A stretch of DNA of 63,925 nucleotides, filler included, from Atractiella rhizophila (taxonomy: Eukaryota): the NCBI GenBank assembly GCA_021432655.1. It is 3 parts of 3 records of this genome, joined end to end, with 100 filler letters (N's around TTAATTAATTAA, not from the genome) between each part and the next. Parts side by side here need not be neighbours in the genome. Positions count along the whole stretch, not along the records: positions 31,224 to 62,043 come from MU271653.1; 2 more parts are not named here. One strand, given 5' to 3'. Both the position numbers and the translations under genes were made by a program. Shown here in pieces: positions 45,513-58,868 of the stretch (its first letter is position 1; every line of letters starts with the position of its first letter). The notes under the pieces are model-generated. The model worked only from the letters and a program-made list of their open reading frames with translations. It did no database searches and was not told the DNA's origin.

Positions 45513-47392
45513 TCAAGCGACAACGTAGTATTCTCCATCTTCCTTTCCGCTCGCTTCGTCCTCACTACTCAAATCACTCAGCACCTCATCATCGTCTTCC
45601 TTCTCCCGCTCTTGTGATTCGCTTCCGACCGATTCAGGCTCGATCATGACGCCAGCACTCATCCTGTCGTCCGTCGCAATATCGTCACCGTGTGAGACAG
45701 ATGAATCGGCATAGTCGTCTAAATCTCGCTGTTCTTCATTTTCCTTCCAGTCGGCATTGGTCATCTCGACGTCTCCAGATTGTTCAACGGCCAAGTCTGC
45801 AGGGACGGAATTTGATGTAGCCGGGATCTCGTATCCTTCCACCTCCGCACTCGACGATGTGGTCAGAGCGGTAGACTCGACTTCTTCATTCGCCTTCTCG
45901 ACGTCTCCAGATTGTTCGACGGCCAAGTTTGCAGGGACGGAATTTGATATAACTGGGATCTCGATCTCGTATCCTTCCACTTCCGCACTCGAGGATGTGG
46001 GCAGAGCAGTGGGCTCGACTTCTTCATTCGCCTTTGAACTGGCATCGAGAACAGAGGAAGTCTCTTCAATGAATTCGATAGGCACCACAACCGTCTTATT
46101 CTGCGTCGATTCTGTCTGGACTTCTGTTTGTACATATCAGTATATGCAACGGTTAAATAAACGCTATAGCTTACCTTCTAAAGTTGGAGCAATAGCGACA
46201 TTATCCTCTAACTCCTTCTCCACTGCTTTCGAATTGACTTCGACTTCGACTTTCTCCTCAGTTGCTGTGCCTTCAGCTTCGACAGCAAGAGAGTCCACTT
46301 CCATCTTCTCCTCAGTCACCGGGGCTTCAACATCGGCAGGAGCGGGAACTTGCTCTGAGCAACCACATCAGTAACCCTGTTTCTGGGATCGAAGGCGAAC
46401 ATACCATCATTATAGTCCCTGTTCCTCTGTTCCCATTCTGCCTTGACTTTCCCTTCCAACTCCTGCAATGCTTCTTCCGCTCTTAGCACCAACCTCTTCC
46501 TCTCCTTTCTTACTTCCTCCTTCCCTTCGCTATCGATGCCGTCCAACTCCAGCAAGAGTTTCTCCAGCTGTTCCTTCTGTGTCAGATAAGCGATGTTGGA
46601 TTGGTGGAATCCAAGGATAGGGGAAGTAAGGTGCAGTGTTGACGGAGAAGGCAAAACGGTAGACGCCAGAGTTGTCAACTTGCTCGCAATCTTGGCCAAG
46701 CGTACAGAAGTCGCAGTCGGTATGAGGTCTGGGATTGGAGAGTGTGGTGGGGAAGGCACTTCGGACGCTTGTGCAGGTGCCTTCTCTGCGTGCTTTTCGA
46801 CAAAAACCGCTGCCGGTTGGGGCTTCGTCTTCTTTGATGGTGGAGCAGGCTTCGATTGTCGTGGCGCCGCTGGTGTTGGAGCGTCAAAAGAAGGACCGAA
46901 ACCGAGAAGCCTGAAGATTCCCTCGACGCCTTCTTCCCTTTCGTTTCTGCGAGCTTCGGCTTCTTCCTCCCTCTCGACTCTTCTTTTCTCTTGAGCCAAC
47001 AACCTCAGAGCTTCATCTTCGAACCTTGCTCGCTTCCGCCTTTCTTCTTGCTCGATATAACGTCTCTTTGCTTCTGTCGCAGCCTCGAATTCTCGTCGTT
47101 GCATCTCCGCAATCCACTTCCTCTTCGCATCTTCCTGCTCCCGACGCCTCATCTCTGATATCCATAGGCGCTTCATCTCCTCCTCCGCTTCCAACTCTCG
47201 CTGACGCTTCAATTCCTCATGTTCGCGCTGATATCGCACTTGCTGTTCGCGTATCAATCGCTCAATTTCTTGTGATCTTCGGAAAGAGTCGAAGTCCTGA
47301 TAAGAATACTGTCTGCTCGAAGGACGAGAGTATCCAAAATCTAGTGGCGAAGGCTCAGGTTGAGAGAAATATGTCGACGGGAATCGAAACAT
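45513..47392 (-). CDS. BAG-domain Hsp70 co-chaperone with coiled-coil region and acidic tail
   Basis: EQLEKLLLELDGIDSEGKEEVRKERKRLV is a BAG signature; two introns. Confidence 0.82.
45765..46035 (-). repeat. two tandem coding repeats of ~44-46 aa in the BAG protein tail
   Basis: KANEEVEPTALPTSSSAEVEGYEIEIPVISNSVPANLAVEQSGDVE followed by KANEEVESTALTTSSSAEVEGYEIPATSNSVPADLAVEQSGDVE. Confidence 0.9.
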
Positions 47393-47479
47393 GGCTACGA
47401 GATTGATTGTTGCCTGACTCTGTTGTCTGATTGATTGCTGTGTTGGTTGAATGAGGGGCAGGAAAGCGGCTTGGAACAC

Positions 47480-47622
47480 TTTATATACCCCATAGTGGTG
47501 CTGACGAGTCTCGAAGCTGACCGAGGAATCCAGAAGTTGCTTGCGAAGCAAGGGAAGCAGCTGGAATTTGCGAGAACATGATCATGACTCACAAAGAAGA
47601 TGACGTCACTTTCCAGAACAAA
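47480..47622 (-). promoter_or_regulatory. TATA box and possible heat-shock elements upstream of the BAG gene
   Basis: TATATAAA on the minus strand at ~47480-47487; TTCcaGAA at 47612-47619 and further nGAAn units at 47510-47580. Confidence 0.35.
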
Positions 47623-48048
47623 CCAAGGCAAGGACTGCCGCCACTTGCATGAAATCTAGGTCTCGGTCTCGTTGTTGGCTGAAAGAGCATAGATACGAAT
47701 AAATTGCATAAGACCATAGCATAATAAGCATATTAACATAAGAAATCCGAACTTCTACGGACAATCCTTCCTCGGAATTGTGTGGGAGCAGGGAAATTTG
47801 TGAGGCAAAGAAGCTGTCGAGCAACTCTCTTGAGCAATCATAGAGCATAGCATGTCATACAACGCATGAAGCATGGATGACAAGCAAACAATCTAATGAT
47901 GACAGAAGAGAATTGCTACAGACACATCTTTCTTTCTTTGCTTCGACAAACAATCATACAACAACGCACCACGTCAACCTCGACGAGCACCAAAAGACCC
48001 AATAACAACAAGCGGACGAACAACTCGAAAAAAAGCGAACCTACGCAC

Positions 48049-49329
48049 TCAGCGCGCCCTCGAAGGCACCCTCCTCTTCGCAGCACTAGTCGCCGTACCT
48101 GCACTCTTCACGCTCCCTCTGTCGCTTCCAGCATTACTCCTCCTCGCCCTTCCCGTTCCCTCTTCCTTCTCCGTCGCTTCCCAACAATGCCGCGCCAATC
48201 GCTCATAGAGCTCCTCCGGCAGTTCCTCCACGAAGTGACAACAGAGAGGAATGAGTTGTCTCGTGCTTGGGAGAGGAGGGAAGATGCGGAGCAATCGCAT
48301 GGGAGAGGAGTGGTTGAGAAGGTCATCGCGCATGAGATACATTTGGGCGATGACGATGAGGATGTTGAGGTGCGGTCCGAAGGCGAGGAGAAAGTCCCAG
48401 AGGTGTAATACCTCCTCTAGCGGCGGTGTGCAGGCTGAGAACGTCAGGACGGATGGGAAGGCGTACAATTCGGCGCTTAGACTTTTGCTCCGCAGATGCT
48501 GAAAGAGAGGAGGATCGAGGATGGCTAGACATTTGTCTAGCAGTTTCAACCCCTCGTGCACGCCTTCTAAACCCTCGCAAACGTATCTATAATCGTAGTC
48601 AGAGCTATAATATTGTGAGCATGGGGAAGACGAACCGTGGACACTCGCGTTCTACAAAGGCACGAAAGCAGTTGAAAGCCTCAACTTCAGAAGGCATGAC
48701 ATATAGGAAGGGAGCAGAGATGACGTTCATCCCTTGGACGTAAGGGGTGATAGTTAGAGCCGTTGTCGGATCCACGGGGGTTGGCAGTTGATCTTTGCAT
48801 TGAACAGCCATCATTCCTCGCATCCTTTACTCTGGATTAATGGAGACAACTAACCAAGTTTACTCCACACCCAACCCTCGAGCAACCTCACGAGTCTCCT
48901 CTCTCCCACTTTCTCCCTGAACTCTTTATCCGTCGCCAACGTCCTGAAAGTATCGTTCTTGATCTTCTGAAACATGACGCTGGGCGGCTTAGTGGTCGTG
49001 AGTTCGTAATATCGTTTTCCAGAGACGGTCATTCCCTCATTGTGCAACCCAAGAAAGAGCTTCCAAATGACCGGTCTGAGGCTCTTGCACGCGTTCTCGT
49101 CTAGTCCATCCACCAAAACCATCTTCCTGATCTGTGACAGTCTCGATTCCAAGCTCTTCAACCGTCGTCCCATTGGGACCCCTCCCACTCCACCCGTCCC
49201 TCCAGAACTCGTGAGGGACGCGGAAGTATCGCTCAACGTCTCTGATGCGTCAGAATAGGGGATGGAGGTCGTGTTCCCGGTTGGTTCGGGAGGGTAGATG
49301 AGTGAGCGAAAGGTGACTGTTGTCGACAT
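48049..49329 (-). CDS. BUB2: mitotic exit / septation GAP Bub2/Cdc16 (TBC domain)
   Basis: KIKNDTFRTLATD, YVQGMNVISAPFLYVMPSE, YAFPSVLTFSACTPPL, LWDFLLAFGPHLN. Confidence 0.92.
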
Positions 49330-50281
49330 TCTCCTTCGTGTTGGCGTTTGTTAGTGAAGGTGGACTGGGTTAACTCAATATTCGCGCAGACTATCGACTG
49401 AACCGTCGAGCGCAGAGAAAGGTTGAAAGAGGGAGGGAATGTCAGAGCGAAGGATCGTCGTTGCTGGTTGCGCCTTCCAAAAATTGTTGTTGCATGTTGA
49501 TGTGGACACACGTGCCCAGTCACACTTTCTTGATTTTGAAGGAATACAGTAATATTCAGTGATAATTTAATAATACAGTCTTGATGCATCGATGGGGCAT
49601 GGGATCAGCTTCATTCTGGACTCAATGGATAGGTCAGTGGATAAGAGTGCGTGATCCCTTCCCCAGCTTTCCCAGACAGCTGGAAAAGAGGGGAATCGAT
49701 CTGAATTGATCCCTGCTCGCGAATCCAACGTGCAACGAGCCTGGCAACAAGCAACAACACATGGTCAACCAAGCAGAGAACTGGCTCCGGTTTTACCTGT
49801 CTGTTGTTGGTTCCCAGCCTGCCCGGAAAACTAGGATGATGATACATCTTGGTCGGGGGCGAGAAAATAATTTGGGCTGGACACCATCCGGGTGGTGATA
49901 AACGGGAATGAATCCCTCGTGCCTCCGGACTCGTACGGCGGAATTGATTGGCATCTAGCTTTGAGACGGGCGTTGATTGGCGTGGAACTGATTTGACAAG
50001 AGCTTTCATGTGGTCTTGATGGATCACCAATTTGGTTTCAGCCCTAAACAACGCACTGCTTTCCTTACTCCTGCTGCTGCTGACGACCCCAGTGCTGGTC
50101 CTGCTCTTAAAAGGTCGCCACACCGTGAGGGTTCCTTCATAATTTCTTTCTCCCCTTCTTCTCTCCCTCGAAGTTCTAGCTCAACTTCTTCCTTCCTTCC
50201 CACCCTCGTGTCCCCGGAACACCTCCTTCTATTCTCAGATACATAATTCACCTTCTTTCGATCATTGACGCACGGGTCAAA

Positions 50282-53200
50282 ATGATATCCTCATTACCTC
50301 TCGTTGTCTTCTCCATATCACAACTCCTCAATGGGGCCAACGCTTGGTCTCTGAGGCACGACAATCCTCAAAGGAATGCAAACCACTCGAGGAGGAGCGA
50401 TGGGCTCTCTCAAACCTTCGGCAAGAGGGCTCTGGGATCTGAGTGCAGCGCGGCACTCACTCCTGACAACCCGTCCACATACTGGTTCGTCCTTCTGATA
50501 CTTTTGTCATCCAGAAAGCTAAAGAATGTTGTGAAGGATGGAGGAAATCAAGAAGCAGGGTGTCGCTCCCTTCGCTGCTGATGCCAACTACGTCGTTTTC
50601 AGAAACGTCAAGGACTTCGGCGCGAAGGTCCGTCTCTTCCTTCTGCAAACTTGTCGAAACTGAGCCCACAAACAGGGAGACGGAGTGACCGATGACTCTG
50701 CTGCCATCCAAGCAGCTATCACGACTGGCGGACGATGCGGAGACGGTACCTGTCCCTCGACCTCTACCACTCCTGCAATCGTCTACTTTCCTGCTGGAAC
50801 CTACCTCCTGAAGACTCCCATCATCCAATACTACCTCACCCAGTTCGTCGGAGACCCGCTTAACCTCCCTGTCATCAAAGCCGCCCCCGATATCGCGCTC
50901 ACTGGCCTCGTCCAGGGTGTCATTGAAACCGATCCCTACATCGACGGCGGAAACGGGGCTCAATGGGTGCGTTTGGCGCGCGTTCTGCAGTTTGTGAGGT
51001 GGAGACTGACCCTTTACTCCTCAACCTACAGTACACCAACCAGAACCAGTTCTTCAGGGGTATCCGTAACCTGAAGATTGACATGACTGACGTTCCCGCT
51101 TCGGTCTCTGAAGCTAAGGCTCTTCACTGGCAAGTCTCTCAGGCTACCCACCTCCAGAACATCGAGATCGAAATGGCCACTGGAAACGATCACATTGGTC
51201 TTTACATGGAGAATGGCTCTGGAGGATTCTTCTCCGACGTCAAAATCAGCGGTGGTGGCCTTGGAATGAAGATCGGTAACCAGCGTACGGCTCTCCTCCG
51301 AATATATGATAAACACGTGCATCTAACTATCCCCTTTATTACTAGAGTTCACCATCAGAAACCTCCAGGTTGACGGATCTGCTACTTGTGTTTCCCAACA
51401 ATGGAACTGGGAGTTCCTGTACGCTTGCTTCATCAGAAGAGACCTGACCTGATAAACACGACGAAATAGATACCAAGATACCAAGCTCTCCAACTGCAAT
51501 GTTGGATTCGATGTAATCTTTGGCTCCACCCTCGAAGCCCAAGCTGTTCAACAGATGTACCTTCTCGATTCTACTGTTTCCAACGTTAAGACTTTCGTTC
51601 AATCCTCCGTTGATCTCACTGGCGTGGCCAATGGATCTCTCATCATCGTGCGTTTCCCTTCTCAGTTCTATGAATGCAGAAACCGAAGCATTGGGGGGCA
51701 GGAAAATGCCTCCTTTGACGGTGTGACCAATGCCGTTGCCGACACCACTGGAAAGGTCGCTTTTGCTGGACCTGGAAGCGGTACCGTTGATTTCTGGGTT
51801 CGCGGTCCCACTTACACTGGCACGACTCTCGACTCCACCTCCAACTCGTTCTCTGGTAACGGAGCCGAGCTTCCCAAGATCGTCAAACCATCTTCCCTCC
51901 TCGCCAACGACGGCAAGATCTTCAGCAGAGCCCGCCCTCAATACGAAACCTACAGCGCCTCCAACTTCGCCAGCGTCCGCGATGCCGGAGCTAAGGGAGA
52001 TGGATCCACCGATGACACTGCGGCCATTCAGGCTGCCTTCGACAAGTTCGCTGGATGCAAGATCATTTATTTCGATGCGGGTACTTATCGTGTTTCGGAT
52101 ACCATCACTATTCCCGAAGGCGCCATTGTCGTTGGAGAGGGATGGGCAACGATCCAAGGATTCGGCGACAAGTTCAAGGATGAGACAAACCCTCACGTTG
52201 TTGTCAAGGTCGGAAACTCTGGAGATGTGGGATCTGTCGAAATTTGTAGGCTTTTTCTTTCCTCGCTCTTCTTTCTGCTGAAAATAACAACAGCTGGAAT
52301 GATCTTTAACGCCGTCGGTGGTTCTGCTGGTGCTGTAATCGTGGAATGGAATCTTGCCCAATCCTCTCAAGGATCTGCTGCTCTTTGGGACTCACACTTA
52401 CGACTGGGAGGAGCCGCTGGATCGTGGGTAGTCAAGTATCAGAGATGAAGGAGTTGCTGATGGCTGTCACAGAGGGTTGACTAAAGCGGAGTGTACAAAG
52501 GAGACCACCTCAAAGGACTGCTACGTCGCTTATCTGGCTCTTCACTTCACTCCTGGATCCTCCGCCTACTGGGAGAACGCTTGGGTCTGGACTAGCGACC
52601 ACGACATCGACGCGAATGACCAAGCTCAGATCAACATCTTCAGCGCTCGTGGATGGTTGACTGAAGGAGAGGGACCTTTCATTTTCAGCGGTTGTGCTAG
52701 GTTCGCTTTTCCTTCTTCTCAGCTCTAAGTGGTTTGACCTTGTACCTTCAGCGAGCACCATGCTCTGTACCAGTACAACTTCGCTGGCGCTAGTAACGTT
52801 TGGACTGGATTAGTGCAAACAGAAACTGCCTACTACCAACCCACCCCTGCCATCAGCCAGTTCCCCGCCAACTCCGACCTCCATGATCCTACCTCGTACC
52901 CCAACAATGGTGACTACGGATGGGCTGTATACATTCAGGGCTCGAACAATGTTTTCGTTGCGGGATCAGGAAACTACCAATTCTTCCAGCACTACTCTCA
53001 AGACTGTCTGCCCACTTCTAACTGCCAGGATACCATCGATTTCGTTTCTGACGACTCTACCAGCATCACCATTTATGCACTTGGAACGTAGGTCGCTCCC
53101 TATAATATCAGGAGATACTGATGCCTGGACAGGGTAGGAACTGAGAAATCGCTAGTTATTGGTGGTCAGAGCATTATTGATGCAGCCACTGTTCGCAACG

Positions 53201-53669
53201 GTTTCTCTTCTTCCACATCTCTCTGGAGGAGCTCAGGAAACACCTCCCCCGATAAGCCCACCACTACAACAACCACTGGAGCACCTGCCAGTCCGACTAC
53301 GACCACAACGAGCAAGGCTCCCTCGACGACCACAACCTCCAAAGCTCCCGAGACCACTGGGGACGCCTGCAGTAAGCTATTGGTTTCTTTAATTCGCAGC
53401 ATTCCTGATAAGGTGGTTGCAGCCACTTCCGGAGGGAAGACTGTTGACGCTGGCTGCTCGTGTGGAGATGCAATCTACAGCCCCTCTGCATATTCCTGCT
53501 TCGACGGACAGCTTTGCCCTGCTAACACTCTTGCCTGCGGATCTGCATGCTACAGTCCCGACTCGTACGGATGTTGCAATGGTTCCTTGACCCGTGAGTC
53601 TTCGCATTCTTTAGTGCAAGATAGACAAAGCTGACGACTCTGTCAATAGCTGCTGGACAAGGTTGTTAA
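50282..53669 (+). CDS. GH55 exo-beta-1,3-glucanase with Ser/Thr linker and C-terminal Cys-rich CBM52-like module
   Basis: Signal peptide; VFRNVKDFGAKGDGVTDD, NQNQFFRGIRN, LHWQVSQAT, MENGSGG, second GAKGDGSTDD, ENAWVWTSDHDID; CGDAIYSPSAYSC...CGSACYSPDSYGC. Confidence 0.92.
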
Positions 53670-53869
53670 ACGAATGAAAAGTGTCGATATCGAACCCTCG
53701 ATATTCGCTGTATATAATACCAAGTGTGGCAGAGTGCATAGCAATAATTCCTTTCGAGATATTGTCTTCCATTGTTCCCTAGCTTTCAAAGACACATTGA
53801 CCAATAGAGTTACGGAATGTCGTCAGATGGGTATCAAACATAATAAGTCGGCGATTATTAACTATGCGC

Positions 53870-56288
53870 TCAAGTAGAGGCATCAATCAATCTTGCAACT
53901 TCTTTCGCAAGCGCGCGAGCGTCCGTCCATTCCTCTCCTTTCCGTCCTGCCAACTTCTTCAAAACCTTCTCTTCCAACTCCAAAGACCTGATAAGATCCT
54001 CAAGCGTGTCTGCGTGAGGCGACTGGAACACGAGAAGCCCCAAGGAAGCTAGAAGCCGTTGGACTACTCGCGAATCGTTTGTCAATACCTTATGTTTAAT
54101 AGGAGCAAAGAGTCAACAGCTCACCAACATCCCCTTCTCCATGTTCCGACGCCACTTCTCTCTCCAAACCCTCCACGACGCTCCATAAAAGCTCCATCTC
54201 CCAATCTTCCAATAATCCTTCTTCCTCTCCCCTTTCCTTCAACCTCCCGACGAAACTCCAAACCAGACCACTGGCGCAGACCCTTATATTTTTTTCCTTC
54301 GACTCTTGGAGGGAATAAAGAATTAGTTGGCAAATCGGCGTTCTGTATGCATTTGAAAGACGGAGCGATTGAGCGGAAAGACAATTCGAGAGTAGTCGGA
54401 AGGTCGTCAGTAACACGGCGTTGGGGACTGTTGAAGTCTGGGAAGCGTTATGAACTGCTTTGAGCAGGCGTAACAGAAGCGAGGTGGAAATAAACCACTC
54501 TCGGAAGGAGGAGTTTAATCCGACCGCGTACCTCGTTAAGTCGATGACCGGGAACCATTTGGTGAGATCTAGCGATTCCATCACTATTTCGATGGCCGCT
54601 AGAGCCTTTTTCTTGATATCTGGACTGACAATGCTCTTGCCATCGAGAGAGGAGAAAAAAGGCACAAGTGATTCCTTAAACGTTCGACGAGCGTGTTCAA
54701 TATTAGTGGATTTGTCGGACGCTTCAGAACACTTCGAATAGGCGTCCAAGAGGAACTCGTTCAACTTGGTCGAGGCGGCAGAAAACTGAGGTTTCGTGAG
54801 GTAGGTTATGGGACGAAGATTGTTGGACAGTTTGATCAGCATGGGCAGAGAAAGTTTATTATGCTTGTGCGCTATTCACGGTTTGTCCATTAACGTTTGA
54901 CTTCCAATCGGATAAGAGCAAAGCCAGACATACGCGGAAAACACTCCCATATTATCATATCGATGGCACTCTTGATCCCCACACGGTTCCCGCCCTTAAC
55001 CTCTAGCTCACTTCTCTCCTTACCGCCAATCCACACCTTGAACGTAGGCGTTGCGCGTATCCCATATTCTCTCGCCAACCCCATAGCCTGGCGGATGTCC
55101 ACGATCACGAACTTGACCTTTTCTCCATGTTCGGCGGCCATTTGATCGATGTAAGGTCGTATCATCCGACATGGAGGACAGCCCACTTCTATATCCAGAA
55201 GAATTTTCAGGGTAAGTGCGTAATACAGACGAAATAAGACAATCCACATACCATCAGTGAACATAGCAAATAATCCTTTAGAGTTAGCTATTGCAGCTGA
55301 GAACGTTCCAGCTGTCGTAATATGCTCTGCGACCCCTGCAGAATGTGCGATTGCCCCATTCGCGTTAGACGTTCCCACTGAATGCCCGCCTGTAGAAGCT
55401 GTACTGTTTGCTGGTCCACCTGGTGCAAAAGCATGGGCGACCATCCTTCGCATCATCTCTGCCGCAGCCGTCTGGTCAAGACTTGGCGCTGGAGCTGGAG
55501 CAGTATGGGTAGGAGCGTTAGGCGCCATCGCTGAGTGACCAGGAGCGCCGGCGACTTGTCCTTCTTCCATGCGGCGGAACATTGAATCAATTTGCGGACG
55601 TAAGGCCTGCCCAAAAGGTGTAGAGAGGAAGTCTTTCGGAAGATTAGAGATTTCTGAGGGAATCGTAGAACCGTTCAGGAATGTGCAGACGTCTGTAAAG
55701 CTCAGTTAGATGCAAACTGTTGCAGTATTGACAACTCACCAGCCGTGAAAGTGTTACAGTTAAAATCTACGAACTGGTTAGTGAACCGTATTCTGATGTA
55801 GACATCAAGCAAAGAACGAACCTAGTAGATGATACTTCTCAGCTGTATAAACATCCCGCAGAGCTTCTACATATTCTAGAAAGGTTTCTTTGTCCAGATA
55901 CGTCTCGCCCATCTCCAGTTTCCGTAGAGGCTGCCCATGATGGCTTGTTCCCGGTTTAACGATAGAACTACGCAAGTTTTGTAACAAAAGCGAAAGAGAG
56001 TGTGGGAAGACTCGAACATTCCATGTCCATAAAACACCTCCACTCCGTGGGCTGATGATAGGCGACGTCTGAGCTCATTCCGCGATGGTATAAAGATATC
56101 AAGGCTTACCAACGATAGATGTGTGCCCTGAGATAACACCTTAATGCCAACATCAAAGGCAGGAGAAGGGCAAACGCACATATCCCATCAATCTGCTTGC
56201 CCGTCAGAGGCATTGATAGCTGTTTTGCCATTCCTGCCGACAAGTCATAGATATACAGAGTAACTGGAGAAGAGCTCGAATCAGCCAT
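53870..56288 (-). CDS. PPPDE (DeSI-type) peptidase - thioredoxin - PUL domain protein
   Basis: VTLYIYDLSAGMA, YHLL, GCPPC thioredoxin motif, WFPVIDLTR PUL-like region. Confidence 0.88.
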
Positions 56289-56550
56289 ATCTAAGAGATT
56301 CTAAAGCAATGTGGCGGAAAGAGTAAAGCTTGAGTGAAGGAGTAATAGTCTTTGAGATTCGTAATCGCGCACTTCAGTGGCACCAAATGCGGCACGTGCG
56401 AAAGAATCAATCACCGCGACTGTCTGTGATGATTTTCATTGGAGCATCTTTTAGCGAGAAGGAGCAAATAATGCCTCGTGCTCGGGTCAAGAAAGAATGA
56501 CATGGATTCATGATTGCATAAGGGTTGAACTATCCATTCTACTCTACTCC

Positions 56551-58868
56551 TCATGATGATGATGACAGTCCAGAGGACGATGAGGAGGCGTCACACTCAG
56601 CGAGATACTGACTTCCGGAAGCAGATGTCGGCGCTTCAGTCGCAGTAGTAGTCGTTTGCCCTCCATCCTGGGCCCCATAAGTCGCTGTCGTAGTATCTGC
56701 AGCAGCGGGAGTCTCTGTCTCACTTCGGGTACAAGTTAGCAAATAATGCAAAGACGCGAGATGTGTGACTTACTCAGACATCTCAGCATCACTCGAGTCC
56801 GCCGTGGAAGAGTCAGCGGCCGATTGATCCGTGTCAGAACCAACCGTCGTCTCGTCATCCGCAGAATCTTCGTCACCTTTAGTGTCAGCCAGGCTCATTG
56901 GTGTTGGTGCGGAACCCGAAGAATCAGTTGCTGTCACAGTCGCGTCTAAGTCCGTGACCGGAGAGGTAGCAGCAGGGGAGTCAGAAGAAGCACTAATGCT
57001 GGGAGTGGCCACTGTGTTCGAATCGGTAGTACCGGCCGCAAGGGTCTGCTGAGCGAAGAACTTGTCCGCAGGGATAAAGTAGAGTTGGACACCAGTAGCC
57101 GTGGTCGTCGTGTTTGACGAATTTGCAGGAGCAGCGGTATTAGAAGAAGTAGTCGAGTTATCAGAAGTATTAGCATCCACAAAAGACTGGGGTGATGGAA
57201 GAGTAGACCCGGTCGAGTTTGAGTCGGATGTGGAATTGCTAGAGAGCGTCTGAACCAAACTTTGGGCAATTGGAAGGGTGGAGTTAGAGGTGGAGTTGGC
57301 AGCGGTTGAGTTCGCATCGTTAGCAACTAATCGGACTCCAGGAGCGTAGAAAGGCTTCAACTGTCCAGAAGATGAATCATACGCAAAGCCTAAAGTATAT
57401 CATGAATGCTCATTGGACGCTGTGGAATTAAATAGAGTGAGAAAGACTGACTTTGAGAATATCCCTCTGGTTGAGCGCCACAGGGAGCAAGCCTGAGTAG
57501 TCCAAATAAATAAGGATGCTTCTTCAACAACGAATAACTCACTGGAGCTTCGACGGAGGATTAGCAGAGAAGGTTGCACAAGTCAGACTGCTCGACATAT
57601 CTGTCGAATTGAGGATTGGCAAACGCAACTCTACAACTTGCTCATTCGCAGCGAAGGTCTGATGGAACACCATCAGACTAGATTCATTTTCCTGAAAAGA
57701 AGAAAAGCTTACGGCTGGCTGAGCCAAAGTACCATTTTGCGTTGAGTTTTGAGCAGAGCTGCTAGAGTTCGTGTTGAGGAAAAGGTAAAATTGAGTGGAA
57801 TGCGTCGGCGAGGTTCCGAGGAGGATCTTGGAAGTGTCATTTGGATCGTTAGTCGTTACCAAACCCGCGACCCCAGTAGCTAGCATGCTATTCGCAAAAA
57901 AAGGTGACTGTACCCATCATTGAAAAGAATCAGCGGTATCCAGGCACAACGGAAAAGTGGCCGCAGGGAATACGGACAGCAATTTCCACAAATCCAGGAA
58001 TTCCGGTAGTTGCCAGTTCTCGAGGTCCGTCGCGACGCGCTTTCGCATGAATACCAGCCCTGACTGGCGGTGCATTGACAACAACATCGACGCCATCGTC
58101 TTGGTGTTGTAGTCGAGAGGGCTTCTTCTTCCCATGCTTCGGTTTCTTCGATTTGGACTTATGTGAATTAGATCCTGCTTTCAGCTGAAGGTTCGATCCA
58201 CGATGCTTGGAACGGCGCTCGATTCGATTCAGTTCGCGCCTGCCCCGCGACAACATGCGTCGGATCGAATGAACAAATGGAGAGCGGGGGAAGCAAAGAC
58301 CCACTTCTTTCCATGCACAACTGGGACTGGGAAGTAGGTCGCACCGTCGTAGTTCGTAAAGCCGTGATGGTAGTTCCAGTGTTGACTACAACCCCCTTTA
58401 GCTCAGCTTTCCATATCGAACTTGAAGAGCGGGGGAGAGATAGACCTGTGATGCGGATCGTAGTAGATGCTGCGCCATTCCGGACCAATATATGAGCCAT
58501 AAACTGCAACGTCATGCACGGCCAGAGGCAGCGCAGCTGGGATAACGAAATCGTGGTGGTGGCGCCTGTGGGTACCAGCTTGCTTAGTGAGGAAACCCAG
58601 CGTAGTAAGGAACATGGAAGACAAACTTCTTCAACTGATCTGCAGGTACGACAGCTGGCATCATCGGTTTCTGATTCGAGGTGTAGCCAAGTCGGGCCTT
58701 CGGAATGGAGCCTAACTTGCGGTTCTGATTCTGCGGTATCAAATTCAGAGGCTTCGCTTCGACAGGAGATCCTTGCTCGTCGGAGGCGGAAGAAGTTGGC
58801 AGAGCCGCTCCAATTGAAGAAGAAGCGAAGAGGGAGAGGAGGAGGAGGTTCTGAATAGTTCCAGCCAT
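56551..58868 (-). CDS. secreted Ser/Thr-rich hypothetical protein, multi-exon
   Basis: Signal peptide MAGTIQNLLLLSLFASSSIGA; spliceable exons; low-complexity C-terminal half. Confidence 0.7.

Noticed and set aside
51342..52370. 342-aa antisense ORF
   Set aside because: Shadow of the codon-biased GH55 gene.
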